In this document: in pieces, positions 28,574 to 38,036 of the stretch
Numbering within the stretch: position 1 is the stretch's first letter
How the letters are laid out: the number at the start of each line of letters is the position of its first letter
Source of the DNA: Spirochaetia bacterium
GTDB lineage: Bacteria > Spirochaetota > Spirochaetia > DSM-27196 > Salinispiraceae
DNA: 64,000 bases
Direction: 5' to 3'
NCBI GenBank assembly: GCA_038204425.1
Contig: JBBRCZ010000009.1
Coordinates: 57,202-121,201, forward strand
Translations under genes and position numbers: made by a program
Notes under the pieces: generated by a model
Databases searched by the model: none
Seen by the model: the letters and a program-made list of their open reading frames with translations, nothing else
What the model was told of the DNA's origin: nothing

Positions 28574-30097
28574 GTGAAAAAGATGAAAAGGTTTATAGTT
28601 TCAATAGCCCTCGCTGCCAGCCTATTTATGCTTGGCTGTCCCATTCAACCTGTTACAACCACGACTAGTCTCGATGAGATTATAACTTCCACAACTATTT
28701 ATGTTGATCACGGTAGTAGTTTTGTTGGAGTTAGCACCAGTTCATTTAGTGACGAACATTTAAACGTAGCCGGGCTAAACCTGATCAAGCCTAAGTTTAT
28801 GCGTTATTATCTCGGTAGCACCATCGTTTTTGATAAAAGCGCTGAGCCAAAGGGAGTTGCTTCCATCCGAGACAGCAATTACTATCATAATGGCGAGTTT
28901 ACCACCATTATGTCATCAAATATGTCAGGTTGGGATTACACCCCGCAGCTTGATTTTGACGAGTTTATTGCACTTTGTAAGACACTGGGAGCTGAGCCAG
29001 TAGTACTCTTACCCATTTATGCCGCCTACTATACGGGTGTTGGGGCCCATATGACTGACGAAGAGCTGTATACCGCACACGAAGACTTTGTGCGTTACGC
29101 CAATGTTACTAAAAAATACGGCGTAAAATACTGGGAAATTGGCAATGAAGATGATATTCACGCAAATAACGGCAACAGTGTGCTTACCGCAACGGTGCCT
29201 GTCTATGCAGCAATATTTAATGCTTTAGTGCCTCGGCTCAAAGCGGTTAACGACGAAGCAACGGAAAACCATGTAGAGCTTGAGTGTGGAGCCAATACTT
29301 TCTGGGATACCAGTCGCTGGAAGGCGCTTTTGCCCTTGATCAAGGCCAACATGGGTTTTGCTGTTGTGCACCAGTATTCTGCATTTACGACGTATGAGAT
29401 GTTTAGGGACTTGGATGTAGAACGTATCAATCTTACCGACGATTTTGACTCCTACAATCAGATTTTTGTTGACCACTTTAACAAGGCTCGCACGGAGTTG
29501 AACGACCCCGCAATTCCATCAAAGGTGCTTGTAACCGAGTTGTCGTCACATTGTACCTATGAGCCAGCAAATCCAAAAAACAATAGTCTTTGGAAGGGTT
29601 TGCACAATATTCAACTTTTGTTGATCAATGCCAGCAGGCCCAACGTCCTTGGCACTATGAACTGGGTAACGTGGTACGCAGGTACCATTGACAAAACCTT
29701 TAATGTTTTTACTGACGATCAACAAGACACGCTTTCTCCAGTGGGCATGACATTGTCGGTGGTGGGTGACCATCTTTATCCAGTCACCAAAACCCGTTTG
29801 CAACCTGCACCCAATGTGGAACTTTGGGTAAGTCATAGTCAGGACTGGTCCAAAATGTCTGTCTTTATCCTCAATAGATCAAAATATGTTAGAACACTAG
29901 ACCTCAACATAGCTGATTTTGTCGGTGATAGCACCAAGAGTACTAAATGGGTTTACAGCGCTGCCGCCCTTGATGAATGGTCTCAAAGCCCTTATTATAA
30001 TCGATACAATAGCAATCTGACTTCTGTTGTCGACGCTCGTGTCACGGTGCCTCCCTTGTCATGCACCATTTACGACTTTGACGGGGTAAACGGCTAA
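28574..30097 (+). CDS. Lipoprotein glycoside hydrolase, clan GH-A (GH51/GH79-like)
   Basis: Lipobox FMLGC, FDEFIALC...GAEP, KYWEIGNE (acid/base), VTE (nucleophile) and a C-terminal beta-sandwich (VFILNR...VPPLS). Confidence 0.75.
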   Translation: MKKMKRFIVSIALAASLFMLGCPIQPVTTTTSLDEIITSTTIYVDHGSSFVGVSTSSFSDEHLNVAGLNLIKPKFMRYYLGSTIVFDKSAEPKGVASIRDSNYYHNGEFTTIMSSNMSGWDYTPQLDFDEFIALCKTLGAEPVVLLPIYAAYYTGVGAHMTDEELYTAHEDFVRYANVTKKYGVKYWEIGNEDDIHANNGNSVLTATVPVYAAIFNALVPRLKAVNDEATENHVELECGANTFWDTSRWKALLPLIKANMGFAVVHQYSAFTTYEMFRDLDVERINLTDDFDSYNQIFVDHFNKARTELNDPAIPSKVLVTELSSHCTYEPANPKNNSLWKGLHNIQLLLINASRPNVLGTMNWVTWYAGTIDKTFNVFTDDQQDTLSPVGMTLSVVGDHLYPVTKTRLQPAPNVELWVSHSQDWSKMSVFILNRSKYVRTLDLNIADFVGDSTKSTKWVYSAAALDEWSQSPYYNRYNSNLTSVVDARVTVPPLSCTIYDFDGVNG

Positions 30098-30116
30098 AAA
30101 ACCGACACTGTCAGGG

Positions 30117-30152
30117 TGGACCGCGGCCGAAAGTCGGAGCGGTCCATTTTTT
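30117..30152 (+). terminator. Intra-operon intrinsic terminator
   Basis: tggaccgc..ccga-aag-tcgg..gcggtcca followed by a T-run, between the GH and PfkB genes. Confidence 0.7.
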
Positions 30153-30177
30153 AATTCTTTGCAAAAGAGAGCTTTAC

Positions 30178-31335
30178 ATGACCACGGATTTACTTGAGGA
30201 ACGATGTGCCTCTCTATTATTGGCATTGGCCGACGAGTCACCAACCTTCAGAGTCTTTTTTGGTTTTGACGGCTATGTCGATAGCATAAAACGCGTGGTT
30301 CAGAAGCGTTTTGCCGACGGTAGTCGTCTGCATTTTAAATCTATCGCCGACTTTGCTTCTCAAATAGCGCAGGGTGCGAGCAAAAGCGCCGAGTTTGAAC
30401 TAGAAATGCTATGCCAAAAGATCGGCGGCAATGCTCCCCTGATGGCTCGAGCGGCGGCAAACTTGGGACTGTGGTGCACCTGTGTCGGAGCAATGGGGTA
30501 CCCTGAACTGCTGCCAATCTTTTTAGAAGATACTGTAGCCAATTTGCAGCTATTGAGCGTTGCCGAGTCCGCAAAGACCGATGCTTTTGAGTTTGATGAT
30601 GGCAAACTTATGTTTGGAGAAAACGCCTCAATCAGTGGGCTTAACTGGGATACTATTGTAGCCAGACTTCTTCTGCAGGATACTGCTATTCTAACGCTAC
30701 TCGTAGAAAGCCAACTGATTGCCGTACTAAACTGGTCGTGCATCCAGCACAATAAAAGTATTGTGGGTTCAATAATTGACTGCTTATCACAGGTTCTGGA
30801 GCCGGATGCACTTGCTAACAAGCTTATGTTTTTTGATTTTTCTGATTTTTCGGCAGTAGAGCCTGCTATGGTAGCTCAGTGGCTGCAGGTTATCAAACAA
30901 CTTCCGTGTAAGTGCATCGTTAGTCTTAACCTAAAAGAAGCCCAGATCCTGCATGCTATCACAGCGCAATCATTTGACGGACCAAGCCAGTTGGTGGATA
31001 TTGCGACACTTTGTAAAAACTTGGACCGCGAGCTTGGCATCGCGTTGGTGCTGATCCATGATAGAGATGCGTCCTATGCCTGTGGAGACCAGCTAAGTTA
31101 CCAAGCACCAGGCTTTTTTGTTGACAGTCCCTATCTGTCTACCGGTGGAGGTGACAATTTTAACGCGGGCTTTGCTTTTGGACTGCTCAATGGTTTTGCA
31201 ATACCAGACTGCTTGCTCTTGGCCAATGCGGTTTCGTCTTTGTACGTCAGTTCTGGCCAAAGTCCTGATCTCAAAAAAGTCAGAGACTTGCTGATTTTGC
31301 AGCAATCAATCTATGCAACTAAAGTGGAGCGCTAA
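30178..31335 (+). CDS. PfkB/ribokinase family carbohydrate kinase
   Basis: GFDGYVD, GGNAPLMA, LNLKEA and C-terminal STGGGDNFNAGF. Confidence 0.88.
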   Translation: MTTDLLEERCASLLLALADESPTFRVFFGFDGYVDSIKRVVQKRFADGSRLHFKSIADFASQIAQGASKSAEFELEMLCQKIGGNAPLMARAAANLGLWCTCVGAMGYPELLPIFLEDTVANLQLLSVAESAKTDAFEFDDGKLMFGENASISGLNWDTIVARLLLQDTAILTLLVESQLIAVLNWSCIQHNKSIVGSIIDCLSQVLEPDALANKLMFFDFSDFSAVEPAMVAQWLQVIKQLPCKCIVSLNLKEAQILHAITAQSFDGPSQLVDIATLCKNLDRELGIALVLIHDRDASYACGDQLSYQAPGFFVDSPYLSTGGGDNFNAGFAFGLLNGFAIPDCLLLANAVSSLYVSSGQSPDLKKVRDLLILQQSIYATKVER

Positions 31336-31336
31336 T

Positions 31337-32377
31337 ATGGCACAATATTTACAAGATATCCTTTCGCAAGCTACTGCAATTCGTAACGAGCTCGGTTTCT
31401 ATCGCTCGGCAGAAAATCAAAAGATTCTGACTGCATTGGCTGACCTCAACAAGAAGAGAGTGGTCTTTTTGGGCATGGGCAGTTCTAATTTTTGCGCCTA
31501 TGGTGCGTCAATTATACTCAATCAGGCCGGCATCAATTGTCGCACTGAGTCGGCCTCTCAAGTTTTGCATTACGAACTTGCAAGTATTGGCGACGACGAC
31601 TTGGTGGTACTGACTTCACAATCCGGAGAATCTGCTGAGATTGTAGCGCTAGTCAGTTGCTTACCTGAGTCAATAGACGTTCTTGGGATTTGCAACTTCC
31701 CAGACAGTACGCTTGGCAAAAGAGCAAAATACCTCTTGAGTATGAATGTAAAACCAGAAGAAGCCGTTAGTACGCGCACCTACCTTGCCTCTCTGATTCT
31801 CACGCAACTGCTGGCAGTTACGCTAGTCTCAAGTGACACAGACGTATTTTTTGCCCACTTGGACCAAGCTCTAACTAGTTTGGCTGCACTTTTGCAAGAG
31901 CAAAGCCAGATAGTGGAAAGTCTGCAAGCCTTTGTTGAGCCCGGGCAAACAGTAGCTGTAATAGGTCGTGGTTATGGATTGGGAACCGCCCGTGCCGGGG
32001 CATTGTTTATACGCGAAGCAGCTAAGTTTCCGGCACTGGACTTTGAATCGGCCGAGTTTAGACACGGACCTTTTGAGATGGTCGATAGCAGGCTGTGTGC
32101 CCTTATTTTGGCACCCGAAGGCCCTGGTTATACCCTCCAGATTGCTTTGGCCCGAGACATTATCGAGCGCGGTGGCAAGGTGATTTTGGTCGCATCCACA
32201 CAGGTGGACATAGCCAAAAAAAACTGTCTGCTTATTAAGACTGGCCCACTCTACGAAGCGCTTTCTGGCTTGGTACAGATCGTGCCAATTCATTTATTGG
32301 CCTATGTTCTTGCACAGCAATCTGGCTTTGAACCCGGGGTTTTTCGCTGGTCAAGCAAGGTAACCAGCCGTGAATAA
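31337..32377 (+). CDS. Double-SIS domain sugar-phosphate isomerase/deaminase (GlmS C-terminal/FrlB/AgaS-like)
   Basis: GMGSS, SQSGES, STRTY, GRG, E...EFRHGP.E and a C-terminal SKVT. Start at 31337 after GGAG. Confidence 0.88.
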   Translation: MAQYLQDILSQATAIRNELGFYRSAENQKILTALADLNKKRVVFLGMGSSNFCAYGASIILNQAGINCRTESASQVLHYELASIGDDDLVVLTSQSGESAEIVALVSCLPESIDVLGICNFPDSTLGKRAKYLLSMNVKPEEAVSTRTYLASLILTQLLAVTLVSSDTDVFFAHLDQALTSLAALLQEQSQIVESLQAFVEPGQTVAVIGRGYGLGTARAGALFIREAAKFPALDFESAEFRHGPFEMVDSRLCALILAPEGPGYTLQIALARDIIERGGKVILVASTQVDIAKKNCLLIKTGPLYEALSGLVQIVPIHLLAYVLAQQSGFEPGVFRWSSKVTSRE

Positions 32378-34859
32378 GCAGCAGTTTTGGATAGTTCCAT
32401 CTACCCACATAGACTTGGCATGGAAAAAGTCTTCTGCCGAAATGGCCAGTCTTCTCGAGGCTTTTGTAGTTCGCTTGTTGGAGCTGTGCAGACGCTTTCC
32501 AAGCTATCGTTATGTTCTGGAACAAGCGGCACACTATAGACGTTTACAAGGCAAACGCCCGGATTTGATTGCTGGCTTAAAACAAGCCATCGCCAATGGC
32601 CAACTTGAGTTTGTTGGTGGTATGGCGTCGAGTCTGGAGACCAACATGCCTAACGGCGAGTGCTTTGTGCGCAACATGGAGCTAGGGCTAGCCTGGGTGC
32701 GAGACCATCTGGACGCCGAGGTAAAAACTGCCTGGTTAATCGACACCTTTGGTATCAATGCTCAGGTGCCGCAGATTCTTCGCCAGGCCGGGTTTAAACA
32801 CTTGATGGCCAATCGATTTGGCGCCAAGCTCAGCATAGACACCTTTTGGGCACTAGGACTAGATGGGAGTACCATTTTTGTGCTTGGCTCTGACTGTATG
32901 TCAGAGCAGGTTAAGCCAGAACATTTGTACTTTAAGTTTTTGTCTACCACCGAACAGATAGGCGCTTTGTTTGAACAGGCAGCTAGTTTGGCCCAGGCTA
33001 ATGACCTAGTGGTTATGCCGTATACAGAAAATGAAGACCTGCCATCTGACAGTTTACAAGCGTTTATTGATGTCAGTAATCTTGGCCCGGACAATGAGCA
33101 CCAGTCCTGGCAGTTTGGTTCGCTATCTAATCTATTACCAAAAATCGCTGCTGCTTCGGCCAGCGCCCCGGTTATTTTTGCCGACCTCAACCCCGAGTTT
33201 AGCGCCACTTTTTCGCAGCGCTCCATCATTCGCTTGCACAACCGCAGCCTAGAGGCTTTGCTTTTTGACGCCGAAACTTGGGCAGCGCAGGCCAAGCTGC
33301 CTGAGGCTCGAGCAGCACTTGACGAGCTGTGGTGGAAGATGGCCTTTGTCCAGTTCCACGATGTTTTGACAGGTTCGCACCCCGATCTGGTGTTTACAGA
33401 ACTATTGCAGAACTTTACGTCAATTGAAGAACAAGCAACGATTATCCGAAACCAAGCACTTTCTGCATTGACTGACTTTTCTGATGTGTCCAAGTCGTCC
33501 GACTTATCCACTTTGACCGAAGCTGCGACTTACTGTTCTCACCTTGTGGCCAATGCGCTTCCTTTAGCTAGGTTTGCTCGAGTAGATCTTGACTACGACA
33601 GCAGCCAGGGGCCGGTGACTGAGCTAGTCTTTGGAGATCAATCTATTCCCTTTTTTTACGAGCAGGGGCGGCTGAGCTTTTATGCACACTTGCCGCCAAT
33701 GAGCCTTAGTCCATTTTTGCTCAAGACTAGCCGCAAGACTATCCACAAGACTAGCCGCAAGACCAGCCAAGAGAACTCCGAGCCTGATTTGGTTTTCCAG
33801 CCCGCGCAAAGCTTAGTACTGCAGCAAGATGAGATAGAACTTTCTTTTGAACCCGATAGTCGCCAATTAGTGATAAGTCTCGTTAAAGAAGGTAAGCGTT
33901 ACGAATTTTCACGCGGCAGTCTTTTGTTGGTCGAGTCAGATCTTGGCGGTTTTCAGGTAGAAGAACCAAGTGGCAAGGAGTACTTGGCCAGTGACTTTGC
34001 CGTTGAGGCGAGCATAGTTGAAGATCATCCGCTAGGCAAGGCAATGCTGCTTAGAGGATCTTTTTGTGAGCTTGAGTGGCAGGCCGGACTGTTTATTGCC
34101 AAAGGATCGCATTGCATTGAGCTGGCTCTCGACCTTGCGTGGAGCGGGGAGGCAGCCCGGGTTCGGCTAGTTATAGTAAGTGCCATAGAGACAGAGCAGG
34201 GTATTTTTGAAGTGCCGTTTGGCACGCTTGAGCGCGCAAGTTACAGCAGTCTGCCCACCGCCCGTGGCGAGTGGCCAGCGCAACGTTTTGTTGCGTTGCA
34301 AGACCAGACCCACGGTTTGGCACTCATCAATCGAGGTACTGCTGGCCACCAAGTCGACAAGCATAGACTCTTGTGCTCGTTACTGCGCGCGCCCCATGCC
34401 GAGTATGCGGGCATGGTTAAGGATGTCTCAAGCTCGCAACATGGAAAACACCATTTTGACTTTTGTATCAAACCTTATTTTGGAACTTGGCAAGATGCCA
34501 TAATCGCCGAGCTCGCCCAAAGCTTTAATCGCCCTGCCTTTGCTTTTATTCCAGCAAGACCTTGGTTTTTAAATCAAGGAGCTCGCTGGTGCTCACTTGA
34601 GAGCTTGGAAGGTAAGGTGATGTTTTCTGCCTTGCGACAGGCCAGGTCAGGCGAATCCGTGCGCGTAAGTTTATATGAAACCAGCGGAAAACCTGCTAGA
34701 GTTAAGCTGTGGCTCAAGAGTATGAAGCGAGCGGTCAAAAGTGACATTATGGAAAAAGCCTTGCAGGAACTGGAGGTCCAAGACCAGTCGTGTGCTTTAA
34801 CCTTAAAACCGTTTGAAATTGTAACGCTACTTATTGAGACCCAGCAGCAAAGTCTATAA
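32370..34859 (+). CDS. Glycoside hydrolase family 38 (alpha-mannosidase-like)
   Basis: THIDLAW (Zn ligands), GE.FVRN, WLIDTFG (nucleophile Asp), PQIL, QFHDVLTGS and C-terminal LKPFEIVTL. Confidence 0.9.
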   Translation: MNKQQFWIVPSTHIDLAWKKSSAEMASLLEAFVVRLLELCRRFPSYRYVLEQAAHYRRLQGKRPDLIAGLKQAIANGQLEFVGGMASSLETNMPNGECFVRNMELGLAWVRDHLDAEVKTAWLIDTFGINAQVPQILRQAGFKHLMANRFGAKLSIDTFWALGLDGSTIFVLGSDCMSEQVKPEHLYFKFLSTTEQIGALFEQAASLAQANDLVVMPYTENEDLPSDSLQAFIDVSNLGPDNEHQSWQFGSLSNLLPKIAAASASAPVIFADLNPEFSATFSQRSIIRLHNRSLEALLFDAETWAAQAKLPEARAALDELWWKMAFVQFHDVLTGSHPDLVFTELLQNFTSIEEQATIIRNQALSALTDFSDVSKSSDLSTLTEAATYCSHLVANALPLARFARVDLDYDSSQGPVTELVFGDQSIPFFYEQGRLSFYAHLPPMSLSPFLLKTSRKTIHKTSRKTSQENSEPDLVFQPAQSLVLQQDEIELSFEPDSRQLVISLVKEGKRYEFSRGSLLLVESDLGGFQVEEPSGKEYLASDFAVEASIVEDHPLGKAMLLRGSFCELEWQAGLFIAKGSHCIELALDLAWSGEAARVRLVIVSAIETEQGIFEVPFGTLERASYSSLPTARGEWPAQRFVALQDQTHGLALINRGTAGHQVDKHRLLCSLLRAPHAEYAGMVKDVSSSQHGKHHFDFCIKPYFGTWQDAIIAELAQSFNRPAFAFIPARPWFLNQGARWCSLESLEGKVMFSALRQARSGESVRVSLYETSGKPARVKLWLKSMKRAVKSDIMEKALQELEVQDQSCALTLKPFEIVTLLIETQQQSL
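33722..33769 (+). repeat. In-frame 12-bp tandem repeat x4 inside GH38
   Basis: caagactagccg caagactatcca caagactagccg caagaccagcca, encoding KTSR KTIH KTSR KTSQ. Confidence 0.85.
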
Positions 34860-35649
34860 CAAGCTTGGCAAATTCAATCGGACACTGCTGGTGGTAGTCG
34901 TGACTGCCACCAGTTATTAAGTGCAAGTGGCAATCGGTAATAATGGCTGCAGCAGCTTGGGCGTGGCCAAAGTCAAAGTAGAGGTCTCTGTTTCCTTGAA
35001 GGATTGAGACCGGCACCATCAACTGGGCAAGTGAAGGGCGCAAGTCGTAGTTTGGGCTCATGACATAACTTGTGCGATGCTGGCTAATCTGGCTCCATAC
35101 CGCGCTTGCATTCTGACCGTGTTGTACCGTGAGATAGTCGCGGGCAGCCTGATCTAGTTCCGGCCAGGCCTGCAATGCCCAATCAGTGCGCGACCGAATT
35201 TTGGCGTCAGAAAAGAACCCAGTTGCCTCCAGAATCAGGTGACTTACGCGGGATTGATGAGCCTGCGCCCAGGTGGCAGCAATCGCACCACCCATACAAT
35301 GACCCAACATGGCAAACTGAGCCTGCGGGCCAAAACGAAGGTCCACGTCTTCTTGTCCCAAAGTGGCAAGTCCATGCAAAACATGGTCAAACTCAAGACT
35401 ACCCTCAACTATCATATCTTTATCTTGGATTTCGTAGCTATCCTTGTACGATAGCCCATAGCCGCGGCGGTCGTACTCTAGCACGGTAAAGTGCTCACCT
35501 AACGCCGCTCTGAGCGCTTGCCAGCTTTGACTTGAATCAAAGCCGTTGTGGAACAGAACCAAGCCCGGGCCAGAACCACTTATGCGAACAAAAATGTCGC
35601 CAAACAAGTAAAAGCAGCGTTCTTCAGAATGTGAATTTAGTTCTTCCAC
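34831..35649 (-). CDS. Alpha/beta hydrolase with Cys at the nucleophile elbow
   Basis: LFHNG, YDRRGYG.S, GHCMGG, QG.RD and GGSHD.H. Confidence 0.85.
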   Translation of the reverse strand: MEELNSHSEERCFYLFGDIFVRISGSGPGLVLFHNGFDSSQSWQALRAALGEHFTVLEYDRRGYGLSYKDSYEIQDKDMIVEGSLEFDHVLHGLATLGQEDVDLRFGPQAQFAMLGHCMGGAIAATWAQAHQSRVSHLILEATGFFSDAKIRSRTDWALQAWPELDQAARDYLTVQHGQNASAVWSQISQHRTSYVMSPNYDLRPSLAQLMVPVSILQGNRDLYFDFGHAQAAAAIITDCHLHLITGGSHDYHQQCPIEFAKLVIDFAAGSQ

Positions 35650-36323
35650 GGGCTTTCTACGCGGTTTTTTTGGAGAAGCTCAAAATCAATAGTGCGCGCT
35701 TGCTCTTGCTCAATCATTTCGCCTAAACCTTCCATAGCCATGGTCCTTTCTAGCACCTTTAATTCAGTATCGAGGTCGAGCAGGTTGTCTTCCTGCAGCT
35801 TGACCAGCTGAACTTCAAAAGCTTTTATGAGCGTGTGCAAGTGACCTTGCACACGCTGCTGTGACTCCGCAATGGTTGACGACGAGAGACCGTGTGAGCT
35901 CAAGTCACGATGGAGAGTGGCAATTTTAATTACCGTGTCACCATAATAGTCAAGAAATTTGCCGGCCGCACTGGCGTCCTTGGGGTCTTTTTTGACGTCT
36001 TCAACAATCTTGTCAGTTAGCACGGCTAGGCGTTCCAAACACGAACGCACGTCACCTTTGGCTAGCGCCTGAGCCAAAAGTTGGATCTGGTCTCGTTTGG
36101 ACCTGGCCTGCATTATGACTTCTCTTGCACGGTTACTGTTTACACCAGCTACTTTGTCTTCTTTTTCTAATCCTTTACCAATCAGAAAAAAGGCGATAAA
36201 TCCACCCACTCCTGATAACAAACCCAGCGGCAAACCAAGATTTAAAACAGCCCAAAAAAGTATAAAAAGAAGTCCGCCACCAAGACCGGCCACTATGCCA
36301 GTTATGCTCTGCTTATCTGCCAT
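35637..36323 (-). CDS. XpaC-like (5-bromo-4-chloroindolyl phosphate hydrolysis family) membrane protein
   Basis: Two N-terminal TM helices, then KI...V..DP.D...A.KFLDYY.D..IKI...AF..Q..KL.EDN.LDLDTE.KVL. Confidence 0.75.
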   Translation of the reverse strand: MADKQSITGIVAGLGGGLLFILFWAVLNLGLPLGLLSGVGGFIAFFLIGKGLEKEDKVAGVNSNRAREVIMQARSKRDQIQLLAQALAKGDVRSCLERLAVLTDKIVEDVKKDPKDASAAGKFLDYYGDTVIKIATLHRDLSSHGLSSSTIAESQQRVQGHLHTLIKAFEVQLVKLQEDNLLDLDTELKVLERTMAMEGLGEMIEQEQARTIDFELLQKNRVESPWKN

Positions 36324-36458
36324 CGGGTAAACCTCCGTAAGTCACGCCCAACAGCTTACTCTATCTGGCCATTTTACGACAAGTTGGTCGGCTATTAGTC
36401 GGCAATTAGTTGCAAGGACTCTTGCTAGCCAGTAGACTAAAAGTGAGAAGGAATAAGC

Positions 36459-37253
36459 ATGGTGCGTGGTCGGCCCTTGCCCGACCGTCTAGGAGCTTCG
36501 TTGCGCCTCTTTGGTGCTGAGTTCCTCTACGGCTGCGGCTTTTTTTTGCAGGTTATGAAAGAGCTCTTTCGTTTTTTTCGCAAGGGCCAAACTGGCTATC
36601 GCGTGCTCGTTATGCAAATTCTGTTTACGGGATTTGAAGCTCTGTGGGTTGTTAGCGTGCTTTCTTTGGCTCTCGGAACGCTGATAATTATCCAAGGCAT
36701 GAGTCTTTTGCCTCAGTTTGGCCAAGGCCGGTTAATGTATGAACTTTTGGTAATTATAATCACCAGAGAGCTCGGCCCCATGTTAACAGCCTTCATTATC
36801 ATCGCGCGATCGGGAACCGCCATCGCCACCGAGCTTGCCGGCATGGTAGTTAACCATGAAGTCGAAGCCTACATGGCCTTTGGCATTAATCCATTTGCCT
36901 ATTTAGTTGTGCCGCGGGTGATCGGGGTTACCTTGTCGATGGTCATCTTAACCGTCTATTTTAGTTTGTTTGGGCTCTTGGGTAGCTGGTTTATCGGCGC
37001 CTTGTTTACGCCATTACCATTTGACGAGTATGTCTCAACCTTGCTCTCCATACTAAAACCAGGTGATATAGGCATCAGCTTGCTCAAGGCCTTTAGTTTT
37101 GGCTTTATCGTGGCGCTTATTTCGTGCTATCAAGGTTTTTCGGTCCATCGTGCCAGCACCGAAGTGCCAGTTGCCGGAATACGCGCAGTTAGCGCTTGTT
37201 TTGTCTGGTGTATTCTGGCAAATGCTGTTCTAACTCTGCTATATTATTGGTAG
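36459..37253 (+). CDS. mlaE: MlaE/YrbE family ABC permease
   Basis: QILFTG, RELGPMLTAFIIIARSGTAIATEL..M.V..EVEA...GINP..YLVVPR and VP.A..RAV. Confidence 0.9.
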   Translation: MVRGRPLPDRLGASLRLFGAEFLYGCGFFLQVMKELFRFFRKGQTGYRVLVMQILFTGFEALWVVSVLSLALGTLIIIQGMSLLPQFGQGRLMYELLVIIITRELGPMLTAFIIIARSGTAIATELAGMVVNHEVEAYMAFGINPFAYLVVPRVIGVTLSMVILTVYFSLFGLLGSWFIGALFTPLPFDEYVSTLLSILKPGDIGISLLKAFSFGFIVALISCYQGFSVHRASTEVPVAGIRAVSACFVWCILANAVLTLLYYW

Positions 37254-38036
37254 ATGGAAAGTCTAATTGAACTTATAGATGTCACTGTTCGTATCGGTGA
37301 CGCCGAGATATTGTCACACGTCAATTTAAAAGTGCCCCTTGGCAAGACCAGCTTCCTGCTTGGTCCAGCCGGTAGTGGCAAATCGACCTTGATTAAAGTG
37401 ATGGCTGGCTTGGTGCCGGTTTCTGAAGGCAAAGTGTTAATAAATGGCGGCAACTATCAGGACATGAGCAACCAAGAAATGGAACAGTTTCGCTCCTATG
37501 CCGGCTTTGTTTTTCAGGACTCCGCGCTATGGGGCAACCAGAACATCCTCAACAACATGATTTTGCCAATTCGCTACCATGCCCCACATATTAATCTCAA
37601 CTTGATTACCCAAAAGGCCAAAAACCTGCTCAAAAAAGTTGGCTTTAGTGATGAGCTGACGGCGCGACCGGCTGAACTCTCTCACGGCGAACAAAAGCTG
37701 GTCGGTTTGGCTCGTTCCTTGATGACTGACCCGATGATCGTTTTTATGGACTCGCCTTTGAGTTTGGTGGATACCAGTTCTATACGTCGCATAGTCGCTT
37801 TTTTAATGGAACTTAAGGCGGCTCATCGCACCTTAATTTTGGTCAATGATCGTGTGGAGTTTACCTGTGAAGCAGCTGACTATGTGTATATACTTAATGA
37901 AGGTCGTCTTGCTCAATGGGGCAGCTTGGAAGAATTGGTGCCGCAGTGGCCCGACTATCTGGAGCCATTCAATAACGCAGCGCTGACGCATCTTAGAAAA
38001 AGAAATCTGGTCATGGAGTCGTTGCATGAGGTTTAG
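37254..38036 (+). CDS. MlaF-like ABC ATP-binding protein with degenerate catalytic motifs
   Basis: Walker A GPAGSGKST and Q-loop VFQDSAL are intact. Signature is LSHGE, Walker B is VFMDSP and the H-loop is VND. Confidence 0.85.
   Translation: MESLIELIDVTVRIGDAEILSHVNLKVPLGKTSFLLGPAGSGKSTLIKVMAGLVPVSEGKVLINGGNYQDMSNQEMEQFRSYAGFVFQDSALWGNQNILNNMILPIRYHAPHINLNLITQKAKNLLKKVGFSDELTARPAELSHGEQKLVGLARSLMTDPMIVFMDSPLSLVDTSSIRRIVAFLMELKAAHRTLILVNDRVEFTCEAADYVYILNEGRLAQWGSLEELVPQWPDYLEPFNNAALTHLRKRNLVMESLHEV

Noticed and set aside
32762..33511. 249-aa minus-strand ORF
   Set aside because: Antisense shadow of the well-supported GH38 gene, with no motifs.
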